A stretch of DNA of 64,000 nt from Octopus sinensis (taxonomy: Eukaryota). Positions 52,531-64,000 of this stretch are shown here, piece by piece (within the stretch, counting starts at the first letter, position 1; every line of letters begins with the position of its first letter). A program made the position numbers and the translations under genes. Below the pieces are notes generated by a model, which did not search any database, had not been told where the DNA came from, and was given only the letters and a program-made list of their open reading frames with translations. The stretch covers positions 70,990,001 through 71,054,000 of the forward strand of contig NC_043004.1 of the NCBI RefSeq assembly GCF_006345805.1, read 5' to 3'.

Positions 52531-52754
52531 CGAGGGGGTGCTGAAAAGTTCCCGGCTTTGGGTAAAAGAAAATACAGGAGAATCAGTTGATTATGATTTT
52601 ATTCAACATATTCCCTTCTCAGATTCACACACTTATTACAGCAGCCCTTAGCCCTACAGTTTTTCTAAGCCCTGTAAAAAAACTCAGATGGTTGGGCCAC
52701 CAACCAGGCCTTTCATGAAACCCTTAAAGCCAGGAACTTTCCAGCTCCCCCTTG
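52531..52754. mobile_element. mariner-type MITE (224 bp)
   Basis: TA|CGAGGGGGTGCTGAAAAGTTCCCGGCTTT ... AAAGCCAGGAACTTTCCAGCTCCCCCTTG|TA: 29-bp TIR with 4 mismatches, TA TSD. Confidence 0.85.
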
Positions 52755-52984
52755 TATGTTTGTGCACATCCGTGTTTCAATATCATGTGATGATTGTAAA
52801 CGATCCTTCTTGTTATAAGAGAGAGGTTGTTTGTTCCCAGTCTTCCATGGAAAAGCTATGGAGAAAATATTTCCCTTGCTTGGAAAGTAGTGAGTGTTGG
52901 TGGCATCTGATCATAGAAAATCTACCTCAGCAAATTTCATCTGACCCTATGCAGGCATGGAAAAAATGGACAGTAGAGCAAACC

Positions 52985-53410
52985 GGTGACAATGACGATG
53001 GCAATGATGATGATGATGATGGTGACGATGATGACGATGACAACAACGACAATGATGATGATGGCGATGGTGATGATGATGATGATGAGGATAATGAGGA
53101 TGATGATGACGACGATGATGATGATAAGGAAAATGTTGATGACGATGATGATGACGACAAAGAGGATCTGGATTAGGACAATGATGATGATGACGATGAT
53201 GATGATGAGTAGGACAATGTTGATGATGACAATGATGGTGACGATGGTGATGACGATGAGGATGAAGATGATGATAAAGACAATGTTGATGATGGCGATG
53301 ATGATAAGGACAATGTTGATAACGATGATGACGACGACAAAGAGGACATGGATGGGGACAATGATGATGATGACAATGACGTAGATAACAACAACAACAA
53401 CAATGATGAC
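52985..53410. repeat. (GAT/GAC)n array
   Basis: Direct reading; poly-D/M ORFs. Confidence 0.9.
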
Positions 53411-53864
53411 GCTGTTATCCATTTGAGTTGTTCTGTTAACTTTTGCATCACTTCCTTTATTGGAGAAACAGCAGCCGAACAACTTGTACAAACCTAAAGC
53501 AACTTTTTTTTCTTCTTTCTTTTAAACTATTTTGTTTTCTTTTTTTCTCTCGTTACCTTTTGTAAACGAACGATGTAATTTTTACTTTCTCTGCTTCCTC
53601 ATTAAACCATTGCTAGTTGAGATTTCTGTTTTATTTTATTTTATTTTATTTCGTTATATTTTATATTTATTTTCATTTCTTTATTGCTTCTGCTGTTTTA
53701 AGCGTTGTGGTTTGTCATAGGTTAAACAGTTTATCTTTTATCTGACATTAAGATTAAAGTAGTGGAAGTTAAGGGGGGTGGGGTGGGGGTGGTGGTTGTT
53801 TTTGGTTTTGTTATTTTATTTTTTGTTTTGTTGTTTTTGGTGTTTAAGTTTTCCTTTGCTTTTT

Positions 53865-55740
53865 GCTGATCATCATCATCATTGTCATCATCATCGTCGT
53901 CGTCACCACCACTGTCATCATCGTCATTGTTACCACCACCTCTACCATCATCATTATCGTCATCACCACTGCAATCATCATCATCCTTCTCATTGTCATC
54001 ACCAACGTCATCATTGTCACCATGTCATCATCACGACCATGACCACGACGACCACCACCTCTATCATCGTCATCTTCATCATTACTACTGCAGTCATCAT
54101 CATCATCATCCTCCACATTATCATCATCATTGTCATTGCCACCATCATCATCATCATCTTTCCCCCTACTCTTCATCATCATTGTTATCTTCCTCCTCCT
54201 CTTTGTCAGCTTCCTCTTTCTCCTTCTATCATTGTCATCATCATCATGAGTTATTACCAGTTAAAAAAAAATGTAAATGGTTGTTGAATTCAAATTTGAG
54301 TTTGGTATGTAAAAAACTAAAATGTTCCACCTGGAACGTGGACATTTGAAATATAAGACTTTAAAGATAAAAAAATAATAAAAAACATAAAACTCAACAA
54401 AATAAATGCCTCCCCTCCTCCCGCACTCCAAGAAACAATTAAGCTTGCAATGCAGTTTGGTTAACCTCCCCACTGCAACCATCACCTTCACCACATCATT
54501 GTCGTCACCACTATTGCCACCACAACCAATACTACCACCACCACCATTACCACCACCATTGCTATTGTCAGTACTACTATCACTACCACCATCATTGCCA
54601 CCACCACATAACCATCACCACCTCCATCCACCATCAGCATCTTCATCACAACCACCACCATTGCTATTGCCACCATCACCACAACCACAGCCATCACCAC
54701 CACCATCAACATTGTTAGCACCACCATCATTGCCACCATCATCCTCACCACCCTCACCACCACCTCCACCATCACCATATTCATCACTTCTACTTCTACC
54801 ACCATAGCTGTTGCTACTAGCACCACAAACATAACCATCACCACCACCACCACCATTGTCATTGCTAGCACCACCACCAACCTCACCACCACCACCACCA
54901 CCACCAACCTCACCACCACCACCACCACAACTAACTAAACAAACAAAAAAATAAAGGGTGAAGGAAAGATATAATGCAGATGGTGCTCCAGCATGGCAGT
55001 CTGATGTGTTTTGACTGAAAGTAATAAAAGAACTGAAGGAAGAACCAAAATGAAACTTACCTGTTAATTAGAGGTAAAGAAAGAAAATATTAGGAAGGGA
55101 AATATTTGACTGGGGACAGGTGTGGGGTGGGGGTGGGAAATTGGAGAAGTGTAGGGGCCATGTGGAGAATGTTTTCTAGTCAAGCTTGTTATCGAAGTCA
55201 TTATCGTCATCATCATCATCATCATTGCCATCATTACAACCATCACACCCAGTGATCATCATCATCATCACCATCATGACCATCTTCGCCGGTGAACATC
55301 ACCATCATCACCATCATCATCGTGATTATGATCACTATGATCATCTCGGCCAGTGAACATAGTCATCATCACAATTACCATCATCATCACCATCAATGCC
55401 ACCACTTTTAACATCGTCTCCACCATCATCACCATCACCACCATTATCATTACAAATATTATCACTATCGCCATCACTGCCACCACCACCACCACCATCA
55501 CAACCTGCAGACATCACCACCATCACTACAGCCATCGACCATCACCACCACTATTGCCACAACCACCACTATCACTAGGACCATTGTCACCATCAACATT
55601 ATTAGCACAAGCATTACACTATCACCGTGACCACAACCACCACCACTATCAGCGATTTTTAACATCATCATCATCACTGCAATCATTATTGTGCTTACTA
55701 ACACCACTATCACCACAGTTATCATTCACTACAATCACTC
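53865..55740. repeat. Several (CAT)n/(CAC)n degenerate trinucleotide fields
   Basis: Direct reading. Confidence 0.85.
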
Positions 55741-56359
55741 ACTGTATATATATATACAATGGGCTTCTTTCAGTTTCCACCTACCAAATCCACACACAAC
55801 GCTTTGGTTGGCCTGAGGCTATAGTAGAAGACACTTGCCCAAGGTGCCATGCAGTGGGAATGAACCCGGAACCATGTGGTTGGTAAGCAAGCTACTTACC
55901 ACACAGCCACTCTGAGATATCCTGATATGTTGTTAAACATATTAAAACACTAAAATGTTACACTTCTGAAACATACAGTGTTTCTCTTTGAACCATCTGA
56001 ATATGTGTTAGCATTTTTAATGATTCTCTAATTTATAGAGCTCTTATCAATTCCATTATACAATTTCCTAATAAAACTACAAACTCATTTTCAAATGGCT
56101 TCAAGAAATGTAGACTGTATCTTGCAGAGCAGTACAACATCTTGACTAAACACTTCAATATGTTAATACCCTTTTGTTGCCCAAATGGTTGCAAATAGTG
56201 AGAAACTCCAAGTACTGATAGAGTAAACTTTGCTACATGTAGTTTCGTGCTTGAGGTATTATTCAGAGTTACTGCCTTTCTAAACCGTTTGGCAGACTGT
56301 GTCTGGCTTGTAGATTCTATGTATATATGTATGTATGTATTTATGTATGTATGTATGTA

Positions 56360-56397
<38 letters not shown>

Positions 56398-57016
56398 CAT
56401 GCATTCATTCATTCATGCATGCATGTATGTATGTATGTATGTATGTATGTATGTATGCATGCATTCATTCATGCATATATGCATGCTTGCATGCATGTAT
56501 CTATGTGTACATGTATGTGTGCATGTATAAATCTACATTTATATGGCGGTGCCCCAGCATGGCCACAGCTCGTGAGCTGAAACTAGATAAAAAAAAAAAA
56601 AATAAAATAAGTATATATTTTACTATAATCTGGGTAAAAAAAAATCATAGTATGCCTACCAAAGCTTCTCGGTCACTGAATACCTTTGTAGCAAATATAT
56701 GTAGAGTAGAAAAATATCAATAAGATGGATTGAACATACTTTATTACATATCAAATAGTGGCATATGCTGAGTGATATTAATTAACACACTGCTGTTTAT
56801 AATATATAACATTCAGCGGTATTTTGTCTGTCTTTACATTCTGAGTTCAAATCCTGCTGAGGTCGACTTTGCCTTTTATCCTTTCAGGTTTGGTAAATTA
56901 AGTATCAATTCTGTACTGGGGTTGATCTAATCGACTGCCTGCACCCCCACCAAATGTCAGGCCTTGTGTCTACAGTAGAAAAGAATATTTTCTACAAAAG
57001 CATATATGTATATATA

Positions 57017-57903
57017 CAGGGTGCAAGGGGTAAACTGGCGCCATTTTATATTTTTAATTTTGCGCATGCACATTGTTTTTTTTTATTTTGTCAACTACAC
57101 AGTATAGTAGGGTCAGTTGGGTACCGTCTGTGAGAAAAACAGCACCATGATACAATTCACTCTGCCAGAAATTTGGATATGACATGCTGTACTGCTTGGC
57201 ATTTGCACTAGAAGCTCCTAGATGAATAGATGGTAAACACATAAAACAACCCTTAGCTTGTCATGTCCCTAAAACATGTACCGAGAGTGATGAAAATCAA
57301 ACATCCACTCAATATCATGGTGTTTGGAGTGATCGCTAGTGATGGTGACGTTATACCAGCATTCATCTTACCACGTGGCCTCAGACTCAACACGGAGGCC
57401 TACATCAAGTGCCCGCAGGAGGTAGAGCTCCTTGGGTCAAGAGGATGGCTGCTGGAAGACTCTATGTCTGGTAACAGGACTCTGCACCATGCCACATAAG
57501 TAGGAGAATCCAGTCATGGCTGTCAGACAATTTCCGCAACCACATCACCTCTGACATCTGGCTGCCTAACTCCCCAGACTGCAACACCCTTGATTATTAA
57601 GTGTGGGGCGTAGTTGAGCAAGAGACCAACAAAACTCCTTGTAACACCAAAGATGAACTGAAGGCAAGGATTATGGCAGCATTCACCAAATTAGACAAGA
57701 AGAATATCCAGAAGAGTTGCAAGAGATTCTGAAGTCATCTGGAGGCCGTGGTTCAAGCCAATGGCAATTTTATTGAATATATTTACTCTTTAGTATTTCA
57801 AGATATTTTTATGTTATTTTGGTAAATATATCTGTTAGAATGAGATGTCAGTATTATTTTCCTTTTTGCGTAATTTAGACGACAATATATTCACCGCACC
57901 CTG
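57017..57903 (+). mobile_element. Internally deleted Tc1/mariner transposon, DD37D (maT) type, pseudogenised
   Basis: TA|CAGGGTGC...GCACCCTG|TA; KHPLNIMVFGVIASDG...QDSAPCH...W.PNSPDCNTLDY with 37 residues between the last two catalytic D; one frameshift, three stops, N-terminal DNA-binding region missing. Confidence 0.9.
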
Positions 57904-57934
57904 TATATATATATATATATATTATTCGAGCATG

Positions 57935-58280
57935 CTGGATGTGAGTGTTGCCTGATTGGCACCCGTGCCAGTGGCATGTAAAAAGCACGATTCGAGTGTG
58001 GTTGATGCCAGTGCTGCCTGACTGGCTCCCATATCAGTGGCATGGAAAAAGCGCCATTTGAGTGAGCGTGGTCAATGCCAGTGCCGGGGGCATGTAAAAA
58101 GTACCTACTGCACTCTCGAAGTGGTTGGCATTAAGAAGGGCGTCCAACTGTAGAAACCTTGCCAGATCAATTGGAACCTGGTGCAGTCTCCGGCTTGCCA
58201 CTCCTCAGTCAAACTGTCCAACCCATGCCAGCATGGAAGGCGGACATTAAACGATGAGGATGATGATGATGATGATGATA
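57935..58280 (+). mobile_element. RTE-type 3' tail
   Basis: Subrepeats plus GGACATTAAAC(GAT)n end. Confidence 0.8.
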
Positions 58281-58551
58281 TATGAGTGTATACACACACA
58301 CACTCACTCATGCACACATATGCAAATTCAATCTAACCCATGCAATCATAGAAAAGTGGATGTTAAATGATGATGAACTCTGTGTCTGTTTATATGTATA
58401 TATGTGTGTATATGGGTTTGCATGTATGTGTGTGTTTATACATATATGTAAATATATGTGTGTGCATATATATATATATACCGGGGTAAACACATAAATG
58501 TGAAACAAGGTGGAAAAAAGAGTACTCAAATACCAGTGGTAGAGTAATATG

Positions 58552-58705
58552 CTTTATTTAAAGCAGCAGAAAATTCAACAAAACCTGTTACTCTGAGTTT
58601 CCCATTGCCGTTCATCGGACAGTTTTTGCTAGAACTGTCCGATGAACGGCAATGTGAAACTCAGAGTAACAGGTTTTGTTGAATTTTCTGCTGCTTTAAA
58701 TAAAG
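58552..58705. repeat. 73-bp near-perfect palindrome (1 mismatch, 8-nt loop) of Penelope-like pLTR ends
   Basis: 58552-58624 versus 58633-58705. Confidence 0.95.
58635..58672 (+). ncRNA. Minimal type I hammerhead variant (CCGAUGA core); mirror copy on the minus strand in the left arm
   Basis: CTGT-CCGATGA-ACG GCAA TGT-GAAA-CTC A GA-GTA-ACAG: stem I 4 bp, GNRA-capped stem II, ACTC/GAGT stem III with 1-nt loop. Confidence 0.6.
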
Positions 58706-58709
58706 TATA

Positions 58710-58771
<62 letters not shown>

Positions 58772-58849
58772 GTCCACACACATATAGATAGATATAGATA
58801 TGAATATATCCATGTATGATTATCTGTGTGTGTGTGTGTGTAAGAGGAA

Positions 58850-59290
58850 GAGAAACGTAGAGCGGGAGATTGCGAACGAGTTAACAAGTAAAGAAAGAAG
58901 TTGAAATGCATCTCAGTATGACGTCGTTGTGCAGTTGTCATCTACATGCAGTAACATCGACACCTCTTCACTCGCCGCCACCACCACCCCCGTACCGCAC
59001 TCTCGCCCTCCCTTCCTCCCTTCCCCCCGCCACCTCTCCTCACCCCCTCCCTCGTGCTCCACGTTGCCTGTGTTAGTAATTAGAGCCGGGTTACTGTGTG
59101 CACACCGTGTTGCAATCTAATTGCGACGACACACACTCAGGCAAGTTGCGACGACGTCGAGGCACAAGAAATGCCTTCCACTTCAAACAAACTCTCTCTG
59201 CGTACATTGATCTGGATCTTATAATTAGTGCGGGGACGGCGGTCGGTCGGTCAGGGGGTTGGAGGGCAAGAGTGAGGTGGGGAGGAGGGA
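58850..59290. promoter_or_regulatory. CpG-rich unique segment, candidate enhancer or promoter
   Basis: About 30 CpG in ~440 bp by eye; TGACGTC at 58919, TAATTA at 59077 and 59222, TAATTG at 59118. Confidence 0.45.
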
Positions 59291-59299
59291 ATATACGTG

Positions 59300-59363
59300 T
59301 TGTATGTGTGCGTGTGCATGTGAATATGTCTATATAAATATATGTCTCTGTGTGTGCGTGTGT

Positions 59364-59426
<63 letters not shown>

Positions 59427-59695
59427 CACACACACTCACATGTATGTGTTTATATATCTATATATACACGCATTCATGCATGTGTGTTTATATATATATA
59501 TGTATATATGTGTGTGTGTGTGTGTATATGTACGTACATGCACATGTATAATCATATATGTAAATGTGTGTATGTATATTTTGCATGTATATGTGTGTGT
59601 ATGTATATATATATATATAGGTACATGTAGGTACATATGTATTTGTGTATGTTTATATATATTATGCTTGCATATATACCTATATGTACATATAC

Positions 59696-59749
<54 letters not shown>

Positions 59750-59751
59750 GC

Positions 59752-59799
<48 letters not shown>

Positions 59800-59809
59800 G
59801 TGTGTATAT

Positions 59810-59861
<52 letters not shown>

Positions 59862-60140
59862 TACATGTAGTGACATGTGTGTTCGTGTATGTGTATATAT
59901 ATTATGCTTGCATATATACCTGTATGTACATACACAAAATACATACATGCAAGAAAACATACACATACATGAATACTTATGTATGTACATACATGCATGC
60001 ATGCATGCATAGATGCGCACATGTACATTGCAATGTTTGCTGAACACTTCATGCACTGAATACTGCAAGACTATTAACTGTGTGCATGTATGTCTTGTAT
60101 GTGCATGTATATATGTGTGTGTGTGTGTGTGTGTGTGCAT
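59300..60140. repeat. Large (TA)n/(TG)n field with an internally duplicated block
   Basis: TATATATAGGTACATGTAG...ATATATTATGCTTGCATATATACC occurs at ~59610 and ~59850. Confidence 0.95.
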
Positions 60141-60811
60141 GTACGTGTGTTTTATCATTCTCATTCCATTTGCTTACAGGTCTGATGTATCTAAATTGCA
60201 TTACTGCCATTGCCTTATTAAATTTACTTTTACATCATACCTACTACTACTACTACTACCACCATTACCCCCCCCCCCACCACCACCACTAGTTGTAGGT
60301 ATATCATCTTTTATCTCAGTGGAATATTATAGAGTATTATCTTATCTGCGTTTGGTAAAGAGATGGATTTGCAGTTGATGGTTGTTTAATTGCTGCTCCA
60401 GCTTGGTTCCAGTTATGACCATCTCGTCAGTTATTGGAGACAACGCACCTAGGACTGCATTATCCAGTGTGAACCACATAAAGACTTCCTCATTTTGCTC
60501 AGAAACTCCTTTGACCTTAGGCCTGCTGTTTTAGGACTGACCAGGGGCTAAACTCATTTAGGACTATCCTTCGGTTAAACAACAACAATCTTTGACTATA
60601 GGCAGAGGTGTAAAAGGGTCAAGAGTAAAGGCCCTCTTTGGTGATGAATGACCGTGTGATTGCACTGTGTAGGCCTGTGGTTAAGTGGTTTGGGTGTTGA
60701 ACTCATGATTATAAGGTTGCGGTTTCCATTCCTGGATCGAGCAATGTATGGACTGCTTGAAGTTTCCTTACTTCCTACACTTGGATCCTTGTATCTCACC
60801 TTTACATATCA

Positions 60812-60848
<37 letters not shown>

Positions 60849-60856
60849 ATACATGT

Positions 60857-61022
60857 TGGAGTGGCTGTGTGGTAAGTAGCTTGCTAACCAACCACATGAT
60901 TCCGGGTTCAGTCCCACTGCGTGGCATGTTGGGCAAGTGTCTTCTGCTATAGCCCCGGGCCGACCAATGCCTTGTGAGTGGATTTGGTAGACGGAAACTG
61001 AAAGAAGCCTTTCGTATATATG

Positions 61023-61055
<33 letters not shown>

Positions 61056-61262
61056 TTGTGTGTCTGTGTTTGTCCCCCTAGTATTGCTTGACAACCGATG
61101 CTGGTGTGTTTACGTCCCCGTCACTTAGCGGTTTGGCAAAAGAGACCGATAGAATAAGTACTGGGCTTACAAAGAATAAGTCCCGGGGTCGATTTGGTCG
61201 ACTAAAGGCGGTGCTCCAGCATGGCCGCAGTCAAATGACTGGAACAAGTGAAAGAGTAAAGA
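60857..61262 (+). mobile_element. SINE family 1, young-looking full-length copy
   Basis: Close to the family consensus. Confidence 0.9.
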
Positions 61263-61662
61263 GTATACACACACATGAAGAGCTTCTTTCAGTTTTTTGT
61301 CTACCAGTTCCATTAACAAGGCTTTGCTTCGCCTGTAGCTGTTGCAAAGGACTCTTGCCCGAGGTGCCATGCTGTGGGATATGAACCGAAGACCACATGG
61401 TTGGGAAGCAAACTTCTTTACCGCAGAGCCATGATTCTTTTAATCATTTAGCATGTAATTGATTGCAAAAAAAAACAAAAACAAAAACAAATTATTTGAA
61501 TGCATTATCATAAATTCTAATTTATCTTAATTTATTCTTTTCCAGAAAGAAGAGACCGGTGTGAAAACGACATACACCCAAAATCCGAGATCTATGCTGC
61601 AGTATCAATATGAAAGTGTGTTCTTTGTTGCTCGAAAACCAGCCTAAAAAAAAGCAAAACTA

Positions 61663-62360
61663 CAAACAAACAAACACAAAACACTCAATCTACAACTAAA
61701 GCCCCTCTTTCTATCCAGTGAGGATAAAAGCAAAAAGAAAAAAGATAGCTACTTTTGAAGCAGGGTTCAAATCTTACTTTGAGCTACACAGATAATTTTT
61801 TTATATACTTCAAAAATTTTTACTGTGTTTTTATTTTATGTTTAATTTTTATTTTATTTTATTTATTTATTTATTATTATTATTATTATTTTTTTTTTCG
61901 GTGTGTTTGTGTATGTGGGTGTGTGTGTGTATCCTCAAACTTTAGCCAGCGGCATAACAAGAAACTTATGTTTTAAAGAATTTTACAAGGAATTAAAAGA
62001 AAAAAAACAAACAAACAAACAAACACAAAACACTCAATCTACAACTAAAGCCCCTCTTTCTATCCAGTGAGGATAAAAGCAAAAAGAAAAAAGATAGCTA
62101 CTTTTGAAGCAGGGTTCAAATCTTACTTTGAGCTACACAGATAATTTTTTTATATACTTCAAAAATTTTTACTGTGTTTTTATTTTATGTTTAATTTTTA
62201 TTTTATTTTATTTATTTATTTATTATTATTATTTTTTTTTCGGTGTGTTTGTGTATGTGGGTGTGTGTGTGTATCCTCAAACTTTAGCCAGCGGCATAAC
62301 AAGAAACTTATGTTTTAAAGAATTTTACAAGGAATTAAAAGAAAAAAAACAAACAAACAA
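61663..62360. repeat. Near-identical ~349-bp tandem duplication
   Basis: ORFs 61755 and 62104 are identical at offset 349; the copies differ by one TAT unit. Confidence 0.95.
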
Positions 62361-62728
62361 ACAAACAAACAAATGAAGAAAATACTAAAAACAAAAAATT
62401 GAAATGAAATGAAATGCATTACCCACAACAAAATGCAAAGCAACCAGCCCCCCCCTTTGAAAACGAAACAAAAAAAAAAGAAAAAAATGAAATCAAAAAT
62501 TTTAAAAAATAAATATAATGCTAAATAAATAAATTTTGAAAAAAATACAAATACAAAGAAAAAAATAATAATTTAAGAAAAATACAAAACAAAATAAACT
62601 ACAAATAAATGGGATTTTTTTGTGAACATTTTCTTTGAAGAATTTTTGTTTTAAGAGATGTGTAACCTGTTGGAAACTTTCAGTTCTTTATATTTGTGTG
62701 TGTGTAAGTGTGTTGTTTGTTTTCTCAG

Positions 62729-62752
62729 TGTTCTGTTGCTGTTTATGGTTAG
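62729..62752 (+). other. Candidate 24-nt microexon or recursive splice site
   Basis: ttgtttgttttctcag|TGTTCTGTTGCTGTTTATGGTTAG|gtaagt. Confidence 0.3.
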
Positions 62753-62833
62753 GTAAGTCCTAATAGAGCAGACATATGATCAAAGTTGTCCTGGCCATGA
62801 TCATCCAATATTATTTTTATTTTGATATATATA

Positions 62834-62871
<38 letters not shown>

Positions 62872-63049
62872 CTACTGCAATGTCCAATGCATCCTTCATA
62901 TTTCAAGGCAGGTAGAGTGTGAATCGAGGGAGATTTGGCTGTTATTTCTAGCAGATTGAGTGATCTCATTGTGATTCTTTCTCTTTGGCTCAAGACCCTA
63001 TTGTGGGTTATGGTCTGGCCTGGCCTAAGCAAAGTTTTCTTCAAACATT

Positions 63050-63590
63050 CTTGATTAGTAGTGAGGTTGAGTTCTTTCGACTAAACCTTGCTTGCGAAGA
63101 CCTATTGAGGCAAGTGAAATCAAACCAAATTCGCTGACGTAGCCGATGACAGTACTGCCCGATTGGCACTTGTGCCAGTGGAACGTTAAAAGCACATCTG
63201 AGCGTGATCGTTGCCAGGGCCACGGATTGGCTCCCATGCTGGTCGTATGTAAAAAGCACCATTCGAGCATGATCGTTGCCAGCGTCGCCTTACCGGCACA
63301 TGTGCCAGTGGCACGTGAAAAACAACTTTCGAGCGTGGTCGTTGCCAGTGCCGCCGGACTGGCTCCCATGCAGGTAGCATGTACAAAATACCTTTTGAAC
63401 GTGGTCGTTGCCAGAACCACCTGGAGTGGTTGGCGTTAGGAAGGGCATCCAGCTGTCGAAACTTTGCCAGATTAGATTGAGCCTGGTGCAGCCTTGTGGC
63501 TCACCAGTCCTCAGTCAAACCGTCCAACCCATACCAGCATGGAAAGCGGATGTTAAACGACGACGACGACGGTGATGATGGTGGTGATGA
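63050..63590 (+). mobile_element. RTE-type 3' tail with subrepeats
   Basis: Same architecture as 37385-37925. Confidence 0.8.
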
Positions 63591-64000
63591 AAAAACCCTT
63601 GAAGGTGGTGCCCCAGTATGGCTGCAGTCTAATGACTGAAACAAATAAAAGAATATCTGAAATCTACTGAAGAGTCTTGAAGCATGGCAGTTATTTGGGA
63701 GCACCAGAATGTTCTCCATGTAATGCATTCCTAGAGGCAGTGTGAAGGGCATTGCCTAACATCCATGTTCCTTGAGTGACATCAGCACCTGGTACACCGA
63801 CCAGAATTGTTACACTAGTCATAACACCACCCTTGTTTCTTACTAGGATCGTGGTCAAAACTACAGAAGCAGGCTGGGACTGATTTATCGGCTTGAACTT
63901 TTACACTGTAGAATATTTGGACAGTAGCACTAAATATCCTCTATGAGTACCCCTAAATACCCCAGTATGAGTAATTTATCCTTTGTTTGGTGTGTCTACT

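Overview
Eukaryotic, AT-rich and extremely repeat-dense DNA. The SINE/RTE/microsatellite landscape looks like an octopus genome (inference from pattern recognition, no search run). The only protein-coding exon I can identify is at 1935-2038 (+). It encodes [35 protein letters not shown], the penultimate coding exon of carnosine N-methyltransferase (CARNMT1/C9orf41 family). I could not find its terminal exon in the remaining 62 kb. Nearly all long ORFs in the track are microsatellite or minisatellite artefacts. The rest is a mosaic of: at least four tRNA-headed SINE families, RTE LINE 3' tails and one RTE ORF2 end, an R4/Dong-clade fragment, a DD37D (maT) transposon, mariner- and piggyBac-type MITEs, Helitron/Helentron-type elements, and several minisatellites. 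The most notable hidden signal is a set of minimal type I hammerhead ribozyme motifs of the kind carried by Penelope-like elements: 14099-14191 (+), 14571-14632 (+), 14483-14543 (-), 5097-5140 (-), an inverted pair at 58552-58705, and decayed relics near 3.2-3.65 kb. Each intact plus-strand motif is preceded by an antisense copy of its own catalytic core. There is no prokaryotic-type system (no CRISPR array, rRNA or operon). Coordinates of diverged repeats are approximate (about +/-10-20 bp); coordinates of motifs, TIRs and TSDs were counted directly.
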